45,519 bases of DNA from Bacteriovoracaceae bacterium (lineage in GTDB: Bacteria > Bdellovibrionota > Bacteriovoracia > Bacteriovoracales > Bacteriovoracaceae), in NCBI GenBank assembly GCA_041586955.1, contig JBFGZE010000017.1, positions 1 through 45,519 on the forward strand, given 5' to 3'. Positions 28,899 to 39,600 of the stretch are shown piece after piece. Both the position numbers and the translations under genes were made by a program. How positions within the stretch are numbered: position 1 is the stretch's first letter; every line of letters begins with the position of its first letter. Below the pieces are notes generated by a model, which did not search any database, was not told the DNA's origin, and worked only from the letters and a program-made list of their open reading frames with translations.

Positions 28899-30326
28899 TT
28901 ATCCTAAATAATTCTCTACTTCATGACTTTGAATCACACCATAGTTCGCCGCGCCCAACCAACCCGACATAATAATCCCCACACTGCCGCTATGAAAAAG
29001 TCCATCAATTTGTTGATGAAGATTTTTACTAACCGGTAATCCTTCAAATTTCGTCCCAAAACTGGCTCCTTTTTGATGGTGGGTATACTTCTCAATAGTC
29101 AATGGCGTCGAAGCATCGATAAAATCAATTTTCTCTCGCACTCCTGGTACGATCTTTTCTAAACATACCAGTGCTCTTTCCATTAACCGTTTTTTGCGTA
29201 ATTCATATTCTTCTGGCGATAACCCCACCCAATCTTCGTAACGAGCATTGGAGGAAGAGACCACTGTATATTTCTTTTCTTCAAGATGAGGGCGAATTTC
29301 TGGATAATAGACAGAGAATGTTTGGCTACCAACTTCTGGTGATAAAATTAAATCCGTATTAAATTGCTCATCATCAGAATAGAAAATAAGCTCACCAATA
29401 TCAGGGAGCGCTTCACCACTCTTTAACCCCATAAAAACTTGGCAACTAGAGGAATTTAATCGCACCTTACGAGATTCTTCGACAAACTCTGGAGTAAAGT
29501 GCTCCTCTCCTACCATTTTAAAGATGGTCGAATGAAGATTAGCATTAGAGAGGACCGATTGTGCGGAAATAAACTCCCCCTCTAATTCAACTCCCGTCGC
29601 CACCTTTTTACCATTACGCTCTTCAATACAAATTTTTTCAACTTTAGAATGCAATTTAATATCGACGTTATTAGCAAGGAGTTCTTCTTTCATCATAGAG
29701 ATTAATTGCTCCGTCCCCCCTTGAAAAATATACACGCCTTTACTCATAAAATTGGAAAAAACGATACCATAAGAAATAGCGGGGTCCTCTAACGTGGAGC
29801 CATTGGCATACACAATGGGCTCAATGAGAAAACGCGTAATATCGTTGCGCCCTGGGAAATATTTTTCAAATAATTCTCCGTTAGTCATTTGATTGCCATC
29901 ATAAAAATTCATGGCACCCAATTCATCAAAAAATCCCTGGGCCGTTTCTGGTGCGACATTAAATTTATCAACAAGAGTTTCTATAAAATGTTCTTTGGTA
30001 AAATCTGTTTCAACAGAAAATTGCGGATTGATATAGCGAACTTTTTTCACTTGAATAATCGCATCGGCGATTTTTTTATTCCAATACTTGCGACAGGTTT
30101 TAATCATTCCAACAGGAAAACCATGCAAAGATATGTCAAAAATATGCTGGCCCTGTTTGCGCCGAAACCAAGTGGCAAAACCACCTAATTTATTATGCGC
30201 TTCTAAGAGTAAAACCTTTCGTCCATTTTTTGCCAATTTATTGGCCGCCGTCATACCGGCAAGGCCTGAGCCAATAACGATCACATCATAAGGCCCATTC
30301 GGCCTTTCCTTTTTCTTTAATAACAT
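28899..30326 (-). CDS. Phytoene desaturase (CrtI)-like FAD oxidoreductase B
   Basis: [24 protein letters not shown] and [14 protein letters not shown]; first gene of the right-hand operon. Confidence 0.88.
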   Translation of the reverse strand: MLLKKKERPNGPYDVIVIGSGLAGMTAANKLAKNGRKVLLLEAHNKLGGFATWFRRKQGQHIFDISLHGFPVGMIKTCRKYWNKKIADAIIQVKKVRYINPQFSVETDFTKEHFIETLVDKFNVAPETAQGFFDELGAMNFYDGNQMTNGELFEKYFPGRNDITRFLIEPIVYANGSTLEDPAISYGIVFSNFMSKGVYIFQGGTEQLISMMKEELLANNVDIKLHSKVEKICIEERNGKKVATGVELEGEFISAQSVLSNANLHSTIFKMVGEEHFTPEFVEESRKVRLNSSSCQVFMGLKSGEALPDIGELIFYSDDEQFNTDLILSPEVGSQTFSVYYPEIRPHLEEKKYTVVSSSNARYEDWVGLSPEEYELRKKRLMERALVCLEKIVPGVREKIDFIDASTPLTIEKYTHHQKGASFGTKFEGLPVSKNLHQQIDGLFHSGSVGIIMSGWLGAANYGVIQSHEVENYLG

Positions 30327-30328
30327 CC

Positions 30329-30385
30329 TTATCCTCGTTAGAAATAATCGCGAATTACCATTGAGGATAGCAAAGTTTTATCCTC
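30329..30385 (-). promoter_or_regulatory. Triple GAGGATA/TATCCTC element: palindrome over an extended -10 plus anti-SD
   Basis: Minus strand GAGGATA-N9-TATCCTC-N26-GAGGATA-AGG-ATG; TG-C-TATCCT fits an extended -10. Confidence 0.5.
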
Positions 30386-30454
30386 TTAGGCATGCTGTAA
30401 AGGGTTAAGGTTTCTGACATTGCTTTAGTCTACGCGTTATTTTTTCCGAGATCA

Positions 30455-30483
30455 TTGACACCCAGCGACGGTTGTCGTAAATA
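30455..30483 (+). promoter_or_regulatory. Possible sigma70 promoter for the SLT gene
   Basis: Perfect TTGACA, 17 bp spacer, TAAATA (weak -10). Confidence 0.35.
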
Positions 30484-30522
30484 ATTTTCCTAGTGAGAAA
30501 ATGAGAACGTTGGAGAAATGGT

Positions 30523-31245
30523 ATGGCCCTAAAATTCTATCGCGGTATATTTATGATCTCTCTGTCTTTAAGCTCAAGTTTCGCCCAGCAAAAAGGCTTC
30601 TTTGTTAAAAATCACCACCTCAAAAGTAATTTCATTATCTCTAAAAAGACTCTAAGTATTTCCAATCTAAGCCGCTATATTCGTCAAACAAACCCTTCAC
30701 GTTCATCTGACTATATGGATAACGAACAAATGGCCGAGACCATTTTGCGCATTAGCTCCTGCCTAGAAATTGACCCCTATATCTTCACCGCCCTTATCCG
30801 TAAAGAATCCAGTTTTCGCACTCACGCAAAAAGCCCTACGGGTGCAGTGGGGCTGACTCAATTCACGACTTTAGGATTAAACGAAGTGAATGATCAATTA
30901 GGGGCAAAGGGTCGGGCCGGAGCACCGGTGGCCAATACTGAGTATTGGTTAAACCTTATGACTGAGTGTGTGGATTATGACTTCCAGGCCCTCTATCATC
31001 AAAATGAAACGATTCGAGCACAAAAAAGCGTTATCATGAATCAACCGAAGTACGCACTCTATTATGGCAGTATTCTTCTTAAAACCTATTTGGCGCACCA
31101 AAAAAGGAAAATAGAAAACGGGACACTCCATGATATTTACCGCAAGGCCTTGGAACAATATAATGGAGAGGTCACTCCCCGACGTCAAAGCTATGCGGCC
31201 AAAATTCTAAAATACGCGCACCTTTTAGAGCGAAAACAAAAATAA
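30523..31245 (+). CDS. Secreted lytic transglycosylase (SLT domain)
   Basis: Signal peptide; IRKESSF, GAVGLTQF and QYNG motifs. Confidence 0.9.
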   Translation: MALKFYRGIFMISLSLSSSFAQQKGFFVKNHHLKSNFIISKKTLSISNLSRYIRQTNPSRSSDYMDNEQMAETILRISSCLEIDPYIFTALIRKESSFRTHAKSPTGAVGLTQFTTLGLNEVNDQLGAKGRAGAPVANTEYWLNLMTECVDYDFQALYHQNETIRAQKSVIMNQPKYALYYGSILLKTYLAHQKRKIENGTLHDIYRKALEQYNGEVTPRRQSYAAKILKYAHLLERKQK

Positions 31246-31500
31246 CCAAATTATTGATTTTCTAATTTTTATAGATCTATTTCTTTTAATTAAGAGGGAA
31301 CATCATTCAATCATTCCTTTAGACGCTTAAATTGGGATCTAAGAGTTCTACCGAAGTCCAATGAGTAACCATGATGAGGATGAATCTTTAACATCCAAGA
31401 AAGGAAAATTGAGCTGGCCGGATTATATTGATCATAAAAATTTTAAACAAAAACGCACCTCACAAGCAAGTGTAAGAATGTAAAATTAAATATTATTCTG

Positions 31501-32259
31501 TTAAGCCTTTGGAGGAAATTTCTTTTTGATATACTTTAAATAAGTACGTTTATATTTTTCTGATTTCTTTAATTGAATTAGGGCGCTTTGCCATTGAGTA
31601 ATTATGGATTCGGGAATATTTTTAGAAAAAACTAAATAAAGATGAGAGTCATATAATTTAACATTTGTTTTTTCGATTAGATTAAAATCAAAACCTCGTT
31701 TTGTTATTATTGCGTCTATAACAACCTCACTTATCGGTGTAATATCAATTCTGTCCAGATACAACATTCTTATTAACTGGTCATGAGTGTTGACCGGTAA
31801 TAAATTTTTATACCCCTTATTTTTCAGATAAAAATGATCAGCATTGCCTCTTGCGACACCAATCGCTTTAAACTTCTTTAAGTCTTCTAAATTATTTATC
31901 TTCGTTTTATTTTCCTTTTTTTTATAAAAATAAACGCCACTTGAAATAAGTGGCCCAACCCATTTAAGTGTTTTTTCTCTTTCTGGTCTACGAGAGACGA
32001 TAAACATCGCAAAATTGTTTTGAGTTTGCACCGTATTAAGAGCTCTATTGAAAGGGACGTACTTGAAATCATTTTTATAATTTACCATATTCATCATTTC
32101 GGTAATGATTTCCACTCCAAATCCCACAAATTTATTATTTTCTTTATAAACAAAAGGTCTAATGTCATGAGTGAGAAAAGTAATTTTTTTTGATTCTGCT
32201 CTTACAGTGAGAAGCAGAGAAAAAAGTAAAAATAGTGTTTTGACTATTGACTGGCCCAT
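31501..32259 (-). CDS. Orphan periplasmic solute-binding protein (family 3-like), very AT-rich
   Basis: Signal peptide; PFVY...GFGVEI, PFNRAL, RRPEREK..KWVGP and YLVFSKN. Confidence 0.88.
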   Translation of the reverse strand: MGQSIVKTLFLLFSLLLTVRAESKKITFLTHDIRPFVYKENNKFVGFGVEIITEMMNMVNYKNDFKYVPFNRALNTVQTQNNFAMFIVSRRPEREKTLKWVGPLISSGVYFYKKKENKTKINNLEDLKKFKAIGVARGNADHFYLKNKGYKNLLPVNTHDQLIRMLYLDRIDITPISEVVIDAIITKRGFDFNLIEKTNVKLYDSHLYLVFSKNIPESIITQWQSALIQLKKSEKYKRTYLKYIKKKFPPKA

Positions 32260-33084
32260 ATCTCTGTTACTTTATATAAAAAAAAAACTTAATTGCTACC
32301 AGAACCTCACAACACAGGACTTCTTTCTCTTTAAAGAAAGGTGAAATTATTGAAAAATAAAGATGCCCTTAATGATAACTTGTCATCTTCATTTTTAAAT
32401 AATTAAAGGCGCATCCAAATTAAAAAGGCCTGCGGGTATAAGAATTGACTGTCTTGCTCATAACAAGACCTGTCAACAAGCAGCAATGTTCAAATATTTC
32501 TTTTTAAAGATTATTACCATCTGGCACAGCATGAAAGTGTCGGTAGCGATTAATAATTTCTTGTTTAATCCATTGCATCTAGTATTTTACTGTGTAATGT
32601 CACGGCCCTGGCAAAAAATTCTTCCGCCTTAATCTCTTTAGCGTCCAAAGCTTACCAAGAGCATGATAATATTACTCAAGGTCATAGACAATCTCCTGAC
32701 CCGAGGTAAAATTATAAACTTGTTCCCTGTCACTGACATGGCAATTGCGCCTCTCACACCCATTTTTTGCAACTTTGCTTCAGGCCAGTAAAGACCTTTT
32801 TGGAAAAACATTTTATTCTGATCCGGCCCATTCCTTTCCAGACACATTACTGAAAACAATGAGGTCAATTACCGAATAAAGCAATTGGTCGAGAAGTGTG
32901 CATGCTATTTTTATTGAAATTTTTAATTCTAAATTTTAGACATTAATTCTCATTCGAGAATCGATATAGTGAAAGCGTGTGATAATTACTCCCAATAATT
33001 GATATTCAAAAAGATGCGGGAAAGATTCATTATTTCGGATGAGATTGCCCCCAATAAAAAACGATGACCCACTAATAGAGTTAA

Positions 33085-34656
33085 TTATTCGAGACCTTTT
33101 TCTTTTTTAAGAATGGCCATCGCCACTTTGATACCGTCCACAGCAGCTGAGGTAATTCCTCCAGCGTGACCGGCGCCTTCCCCACATGGGTAAAAACCTG
33201 AAAGGCCAGGGGAGTCGAGATTTATCTTATCTCGGAGAATAGTTACCGGAGCGGATGTTCTGGTTTCTGGCGCCAAGAAATTGGCCTTCTTGGTGACAAA
33301 CCCTGGCATTTTCACATCAAAGTCTAAGAGTGCTTGGCGCAAATGATCAGTGACGAAGGAAGGTAGCATTTCATGTAAAGGAGCACTAACAATACCAGAA
33401 GGGCAACTGGTCTTAGGTAATATCCCTGTAGAGACCTTGCCAATTATAAAATCCTCTAAATTTTGGTAGGGAACTTCTTTGCCCGAGGCATGGGCCTTTG
33501 AATAATCATAGGCCTTGGTTTCAATTGAGCGTTGAAAGTCCACTCCTCCCAATAATTTTTGAGTTGAATAATCTTGACCGGCCTTCACCGAAACGACTAA
33601 TGCCGAATTGGACCAGGGAGCATTACGCGCGTAATTACTCATTCCATTGACCACAATTCCATCATCCTCAGTCCCCGAGCTCAGAACATATCCACCTGGA
33701 CACATACAAAAACTATAGCTGCCACGACTCGTTTGTTTTTGGTGATAACTAAGACGGTAACGAGCGGCGCCTAAATTTTTATCCTCTGCAAAATCCCCTA
33801 ACTGAATATGGTCAATTAAGCGGCGAGGATGTTCCACACGCACGCCAACAGCAAAATCCTTAGGCCGCATAGGAACTTCTAATTCTTCTAAATGGCGGTA
33901 CATTTGATGGGCCGAATGGCCGACTGCTAAAATGACATGGTCCGAACGAAATTCTCGCCCATCATCTAGGCGCACCCCTACAACCTTGCCCGCCATCGCT
34001 CCATTTTTTTCTGTGATCAACTCAGTGACCTTCGCCTGAAAATGTAACTCATGCCCCTGAGACTCTAATTGATTGGCCATCTTGGTAATCAATTGACGTA
34101 TTTTATTAGAACCTAAGTGAGGGTTGGAGATATAGGCCGTTTCCTCTGGTGCCCCAAATTCCACAAATTTATTCATGACATATTTGATATGGGGAGACTT
34201 AACTCGTGTGATTAATTTACCATCACTAAAAAGTCCAGCCCCTCCCTCACCAAAGCAAACATTATTATCACGGTCAAACTCTCCATAGCGCCAATGACGA
34301 GCAATATGGATCATTCGCTTGGTAGCGCGCACCCCCCGCTCCAATAAAATGCAAGGGATGCCGTATTCGGCCAAGCGCAAAGCACAAAATAGACCAGCAG
34401 GCCCCATTCCTATAATTAAAGGTTTTTTATTCAGAGGGCCAACTTGAGGAAAAGTCTCCCCGTATTGTTCAAACTTCTGGCCTTCTTTAATGACCTCTAA
34501 CGTGTAAAGATATTGCGGTTTTTTCCCTTTATTGGCCTTCCGTGCATCTAAGGCCTTTGAGATCACACGATAATCAAGCCAGCCCGGGCATTCTTTATCC
34601 AAGGTATCCTCAAGGCCCGCATCATAGGGAATTCGCAGTTGTAGCTTTAAACTCAT
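33085..34656 (-). CDS. Uncharacterised FAD-dependent dehydrogenase (COG2509-like)
   Basis: IGMGPAG, FGEGGAGLFSDGKL, FCMCPGG, ETRTSAP and GEGAGHAGGITSAAVDG; ATG 34656 preferred to TTG 34704. Confidence 0.88.
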   Translation of the reverse strand: MSLKLQLRIPYDAGLEDTLDKECPGWLDYRVISKALDARKANKGKKPQYLYTLEVIKEGQKFEQYGETFPQVGPLNKKPLIIGMGPAGLFCALRLAEYGIPCILLERGVRATKRMIHIARHWRYGEFDRDNNVCFGEGGAGLFSDGKLITRVKSPHIKYVMNKFVEFGAPEETAYISNPHLGSNKIRQLITKMANQLESQGHELHFQAKVTELITEKNGAMAGKVVGVRLDDGREFRSDHVILAVGHSAHQMYRHLEELEVPMRPKDFAVGVRVEHPRRLIDHIQLGDFAEDKNLGAARYRLSYHQKQTSRGSYSFCMCPGGYVLSSGTEDDGIVVNGMSNYARNAPWSNSALVVSVKAGQDYSTQKLLGGVDFQRSIETKAYDYSKAHASGKEVPYQNLEDFIIGKVSTGILPKTSCPSGIVSAPLHEMLPSFVTDHLRQALLDFDVKMPGFVTKKANFLAPETRTSAPVTILRDKINLDSPGLSGFYPCGEGAGHAGGITSAAVDGIKVAMAILKKEKGLE

Positions 34657-34715
34657 GAGCGTAGAATACTGTATAAAGCTGATTTTGGGTATACCCCCAG
34701 TCAAAAGGTTATAGC

Positions 34716-35948
34716 ATGATCGTTTCTTTATTAATTATTGGAGATGAGCTTTTAAATGGTCGAATTAAGGACCTTAATACCCAGGTTGCAGCGCAATTTT
34801 GTGATCGATTAGGGCTCTCCCTCAACCATACTATTACCATTCGTGATGATAAAGAGGCCTTCAACCAGGCCGTCGATTTTCTCGGTGCCCATTCTCAGGG
34901 GATTCTCATTAGTGGTGGCTTAGGCCCTACTGAAGATGACATCACAAAAACCATGCTCGCCTCTTATATCCGCCAACCCCTCATTGAAAATGACCTGGCC
35001 CGTGATCTTGTCGCCAATCATTACCGCGCCTTTGACAAAGAATGGACCCCTAATCTTAATCATTACCATATGATTCCACGAGGAGTGACCCCCCTTCATA
35101 ACCCAGAAGGTCTAGCACCCGGCCTCTTTTTTAAAAATGAATCTCTTTGGCTAGCTGCCCTTCCAGGCGTTCCCCGAGAGTTCAAGGCGATGCTTGAACA
35201 ATCCATTGGCCCTCAAATTAGTGATCAGAACTTGATCAAAACCCAACAATTATCCATTCGCACCTTCGGTATTCCTGAGGAAAAAATCTTTGGTCATTTA
35301 ATGCCTAACCTTTGGGGTTATCTTGCCCAATTTGGTAAAGTCAGCTCCTTACCGCAAATTCGTGGTATAGATATTTTAGTTCGCTCACCACAGCTAGGAC
35401 CCTCTCAAATAAACGAAATTAAAAACTTTCTCAATAATTCTCCTTTAGCTGAGTTCATATGGAGTTTTGACGACACCTCTTTAGTCCAAGCAATTATCGA
35501 GTTGGCAAAGGAAAAAAGCTGTCTTATATCATTGGCCGAAAGTTGCACGGGTGGACTCACAGCGAGTCGTATGACCGATATTTCTGGATGCTCTAGTATC
35601 TTTATGGGAAGTGCTGTTACTTACTCCAACGAGAGCAAACAAGAAATTCTAGGAGTCAAAGAATCAACTCTTCTACAATGGGGAGCTGTAAGCGAAGAGG
35701 TCGCTCGCGAAATGGCGCAAGGATCCCTCAAAAAATACCAATCCAATATAGCGCTCTCTTTTACGGGAATCGCAGGACCAGGTGGTGGCAGTATAAAAAA
35801 ACCGGTGGGAATGGTTTGTATGGCCGTGGCCACAGAGAAAAAAGTGAAGTCTCATACCTATTATTTTCGCGGCACGCGAGAACAACTCAAATGGCGCTTT
35901 AGTGAACAAGGACTTTTCCTCTTATTAAATGAGTTAAAAAATTATTAG
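34716..35948 (+). CDS. cinA: CinA family protein (molybdopterin-binding-like domain plus NMN deamidase PncC)
   Basis: IGDELLNG, GGLGPTEDDIT, LPGVPRE, AESCTGG and TGIAGPGGG. Confidence 0.93.
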   Translation: MIVSLLIIGDELLNGRIKDLNTQVAAQFCDRLGLSLNHTITIRDDKEAFNQAVDFLGAHSQGILISGGLGPTEDDITKTMLASYIRQPLIENDLARDLVANHYRAFDKEWTPNLNHYHMIPRGVTPLHNPEGLAPGLFFKNESLWLAALPGVPREFKAMLEQSIGPQISDQNLIKTQQLSIRTFGIPEEKIFGHLMPNLWGYLAQFGKVSSLPQIRGIDILVRSPQLGPSQINEIKNFLNNSPLAEFIWSFDDTSLVQAIIELAKEKSCLISLAESCTGGLTASRMTDISGCSSIFMGSAVTYSNESKQEILGVKESTLLQWGAVSEEVAREMAQGSLKKYQSNIALSFTGIAGPGGGSIKKPVGMVCMAVATEKKVKSHTYYFRGTREQLKWRFSEQGLFLLLNELKNY

Positions 35949-36355
35949 TTAACTTTCGCCGCCTTAGTTGCGGTCTTAGTGATGGCCGCTTTAGGCCCAG
36001 CGCCTGGTTTACTAATACTATCAATTTCATCAAGAAGTTTTTGGAAATTTTCCTTCTTCTTAAATCCTTTGAGACGCTTTTTCCCCTCGTCCGTTTGCAA
36101 TAGGCCCATAAAAGTATTTTTCAACTTTTGGCAGGCATCATCATCCATTTTATCGACACGAGTTTTCAATTGATCGAATTGACTAGGGCTTAATTTCTTT
36201 TTCGATTTTAATTCACTAAGAACCTGATTAAGGACATTTTTGTCGACATAAATCCATTCAAGTAAATTAATTTTGCCTTTTAATTCTTCTTTTGCACCGG
36301 CAAATAGAGGCGAACCAATCGTAAAAATCCAAGTCAATAAAATAACCTTAACCAT
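35945..36355 (-). CDS. Secreted hypothetical protein
   Basis: ATG 36355 after AAGGA gives signal peptide MVKVILLTWIFTIGSPLFA; stop overlaps the cinA stop. Confidence 0.7.
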   Translation of the reverse strand: MVKVILLTWIFTIGSPLFAGAKEELKGKINLLEWIYVDKNVLNQVLSELKSKKKLSPSQFDQLKTRVDKMDDDACQKLKNTFMGLLQTDEGKKRLKGFKKKENFQKLLDEIDSISKPGAGPKAAITKTATKAAKVN

Positions 36356-36560
36356 GAGACACTTTCCTTTTTTCTCGCTTTTTTCTTCATTTTTCAATTT
36401 ACTCGAAAAATTGCCAATTATTTAGGTCCCGCCCACAAGATATCAATTTTCCGATAAGAATCAAAAAATCTTTGATTCCCATACCTTAACATATTTTAAC
36501 ACGATTTTTGACCCTCATCAGGCAAAGTTGGTCCACAATATGAGTCAGGCGCGGTCTTTT

Positions 36561-36588
36561 TAAGGGTTTACTCCGAATCTCCCGATAA
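36561..36588 (+). promoter_or_regulatory. sigma28-like promoter for the giant lipoprotein gene
   Basis: TAAG-N16-CCCGATAA immediately before GAGG RBS and GTG 36604. Confidence 0.5.
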
Positions 36589-36603
36589 AAAGACGAGGTA
36601 TTT

Positions 36604-39600
36604 GTGAGAATTTTACCAAAAACCAAACATTCTTATTCGATATTAATATGCCTATTTCTTTTGGCGTTACTCACAAGTTGTGTTCAGGATGCCGGTACCA
36701 AGAGGAAAAAAAGTACTCTAGAAGAAAAGGCAACAATTGATACCACTACTCCGACAATCCCATCGAAGCTCAACTTTTTTCAAAACAATTCGATCCAGTA
36801 TAACACTCTTCTACCCGTCCCCGCTGATTTTCAAGGCCAGATTTATTTCCGAGGTAATGAAGTCCACGAATACGCCCAAAATAATAACTCCTCAGTCCAA
36901 TGCCTAGTTTCCATATTCCCTAACTCCACTACCAATAAAATTCTCATCTCAGCAGCAACACCGAGATTCTTTAATAATTTTGCGACAAACACCAAAGAAT
37001 ATTATTATCTCATTAACTTTTCAGATAAAACCTCCACTCAAAACTTCTGCCAGACAGTGGACTTGATTAGCGCGATGGGCACGGCCTATCCCACCTATAG
37101 TATCGCCTATTCATTGGCCGAGGTTTGCCCAACCTGTAGTGCCAGTCAATTAGTCACTTCGAGTGTTGAACTTTATTCCGGCGGCGGTTCTAACATCTCC
37201 AATATCTCAAGTTCTTATTTAAAAGTACAAATTACAGCGGCAAACAACAGTAGCGATCCCAATCTCGTCACTTGCTCCACCTCAACCACCTGTATCGCCA
37301 AAGGTTATGATTGCTGCTCATTAGGCCAATGTGTCAGTGATAAACAACTTAAAAATGGTGTCGATCAAACCGACGCTGATTATCTACAATCAGTTCAAGA
37401 TATTCTCAGTACCCCATCTAAAATATATGATTACCCACAATTTTATCATCTTTGCTCGAGCAACGTTACACCCGACCCGACCCCGACATCGTTCTCAGAT
37501 GCCATTGATCAAGCGGCAAGACGTCTTGAGGAGTTACAAGAGCTTTATGATTGCACCTCTCCCACGAATTCTGAAGTAGGTCTTTGCACAGTCACCACCG
37601 ACAGTCCCACAACTGGTAATACTTATGAGACACTCGCTGATGATCAAAACTTTAGTTCGATCTACTCGGGAACGATCGGCATCCCCAGTCACTCTCTTAA
37701 TCGCATCATTCATTCTGGGGAGACAATCTTTGAAAATAATACTTATTCCGCTTCCGATTTAACCATTGGTGTTGGCAATAATAACTTAACCGATAAGCAA
37801 TCAATTACACTCCTCAATGTCGCTTCTCCTACCGCCAAAAGAGACGAATTGAAAATACGCTATCATATTGATGGCAGCTGCGAAAAAGTGAACTCTTCAC
37901 TTGCTCGTTGTTATAAAATATATGAACAAGGTCAAAACAAAGGACTCACCACAGACCACTTTCCGGCCTCAAATGATTTCCTCGTGCCAGTCTATGCCAA
38001 CACCACGATGAGTATAAAAGTTGAAGTGGATGATGCTCCCTATTTAGAGGGGTCCCATTGGAGCCTTCTTGCCAGCAGTCCGGCGGTGGTCACATTTCTT
38101 GGAACCGGTCTACAAGTTGCTGATACTCAAACTGTTAAGATCACTTTTTTTGTCGATACAAATGTCAATAATGTCCTCCAATTAAAACAGACATCATTAG
38201 AGAGGATTCAAGAAATATGTGAATGTGCTAATACCGTTTGTCGTTTAGAACCCAAAATCGAAAATAGCGTGGTCGTAGATTATAATTGTATCTACCCTCA
38301 ACCACCACGGCCAGATCCCCCCTTAGTTCAAAACGTTCTTCTTAACTCAAAATCAGTCGCTCAACTATTTTTTGATACAACTGGTGTCTACCAATCCAGT
38401 CCAGATCTCACCATGACTCAAGAAGGAAATGAGTTTACCTATACCAAGGGCGATCTTTTAAAACCTAATAATGTCGCCACTGATATTGGCTTTAATGAAA
38501 TATATGGCTCCTTCAATCATGATACCACGGCACCAGTTCCCGCCACGAAAGTCGATGTCAAAGCGGGTAAATCCTATATTGTCTACGTCAATTCAGGAAG
38601 CTTTTCCACCTGCTATTATTGTGGCAATGATTTTTATTCAGGCCTTGCCAAAATTTTTCCTCAAAGTTTTCTCTACCAAGGTGGAGGTTATTCACCAGCG
38701 CCAGCACAAACCGACCGCTTTTCCTCGGAAACTTATCGTGCCGATGACCTCTTATTTGGCCGTGCCTGCTTTGTCCCCGCCACGATGATCCCCTGGACCC
38801 ATCGTGCCAATAGTGATCGTCAGCAACAACGACTCCTCCGTCAAAATGGTCAACATTTTCTTTTTGCCAATGGTTACCAACGAGATTGGTATGGCTTTGA
38901 TTATGGCTCGGTGATTGGATCTTTTGATGGGGTCCGCTGGTTTAGTATTGGCAATTCCCGTCGAATCAAGGCCACTACGAATCGCTTATTTTTGGCCATT
39001 AATGCTTATTTTGGCGATCAAACGATTACCAATACCTTTAATTTGACAGTGGTAGACGCTTCGACCGTTCTCGATGCTGATAATGAAATTAATAATAATT
39101 TTGAAAGCCGTGGAGCAGAGTGCCAGAAATATCATGTCTGTGAAACCGATCAGGATTGTGCCGGCCAATTAGGCTGGGACTATGTATGTGAGACGGTTTC
39201 CAATATGAGCACCAATTGGCCGAAATTTGATGCCAATGGACAGGAGCGCCCCAACCAAGAAGAGACTCTTAATATTCTTCAATTATTTGAAACCGCCCAA
39301 GGTGGGCCCAAAAGGTGTGTCTACCGTGGACGTGGTGCCGCCTGCCATACCAATTATAATGTTACCGACGAAAACAATGCCTATAGCGGTACTACAAAAC
39401 CAGGACTTCACGCCTGTAGTTCAAATAATTATTGTCAATCTTTTGTTAGTGGTGTGCCAGTCGCCAAATTTAATAATCGCATCTCACGATACGGCAAATC
39501 CCCAACTGTTCAAAATGCCAATAGCATCCCGGTGAGTGATGCTGACACCTTTGGCCTCGGTGCCAGAAACCTCGGTCGCCCCTATGATTGGAACGGTCTA

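Noticed and set aside
17259..30326. Carotenoid biosynthesis call for the CrtI-like genes
   Set aside because: No crtB, crtE or cyclase in the window; both genes are embedded in fab/ACP operons.
15766..30326. Ladderane, aryl polyene or type II PKS cluster
   Set aside because: No radical SAM or methyltransferase genes, no KS/chain-length-factor pair, no aryl ligase or glycosyl/acyltransferase set; oleABCD explains the downstream genes.
32448..32475. Hairpin GTCTTG/CAAGAC around CATAAC as a second attC-like site
   Set aside because: Stem too short and no matching partner core at a plausible distance.
32638..32868. 76 aa ORF
   Set aside because: TTG start, no RBS, no recognisable motif; lies in an apparently decayed region.
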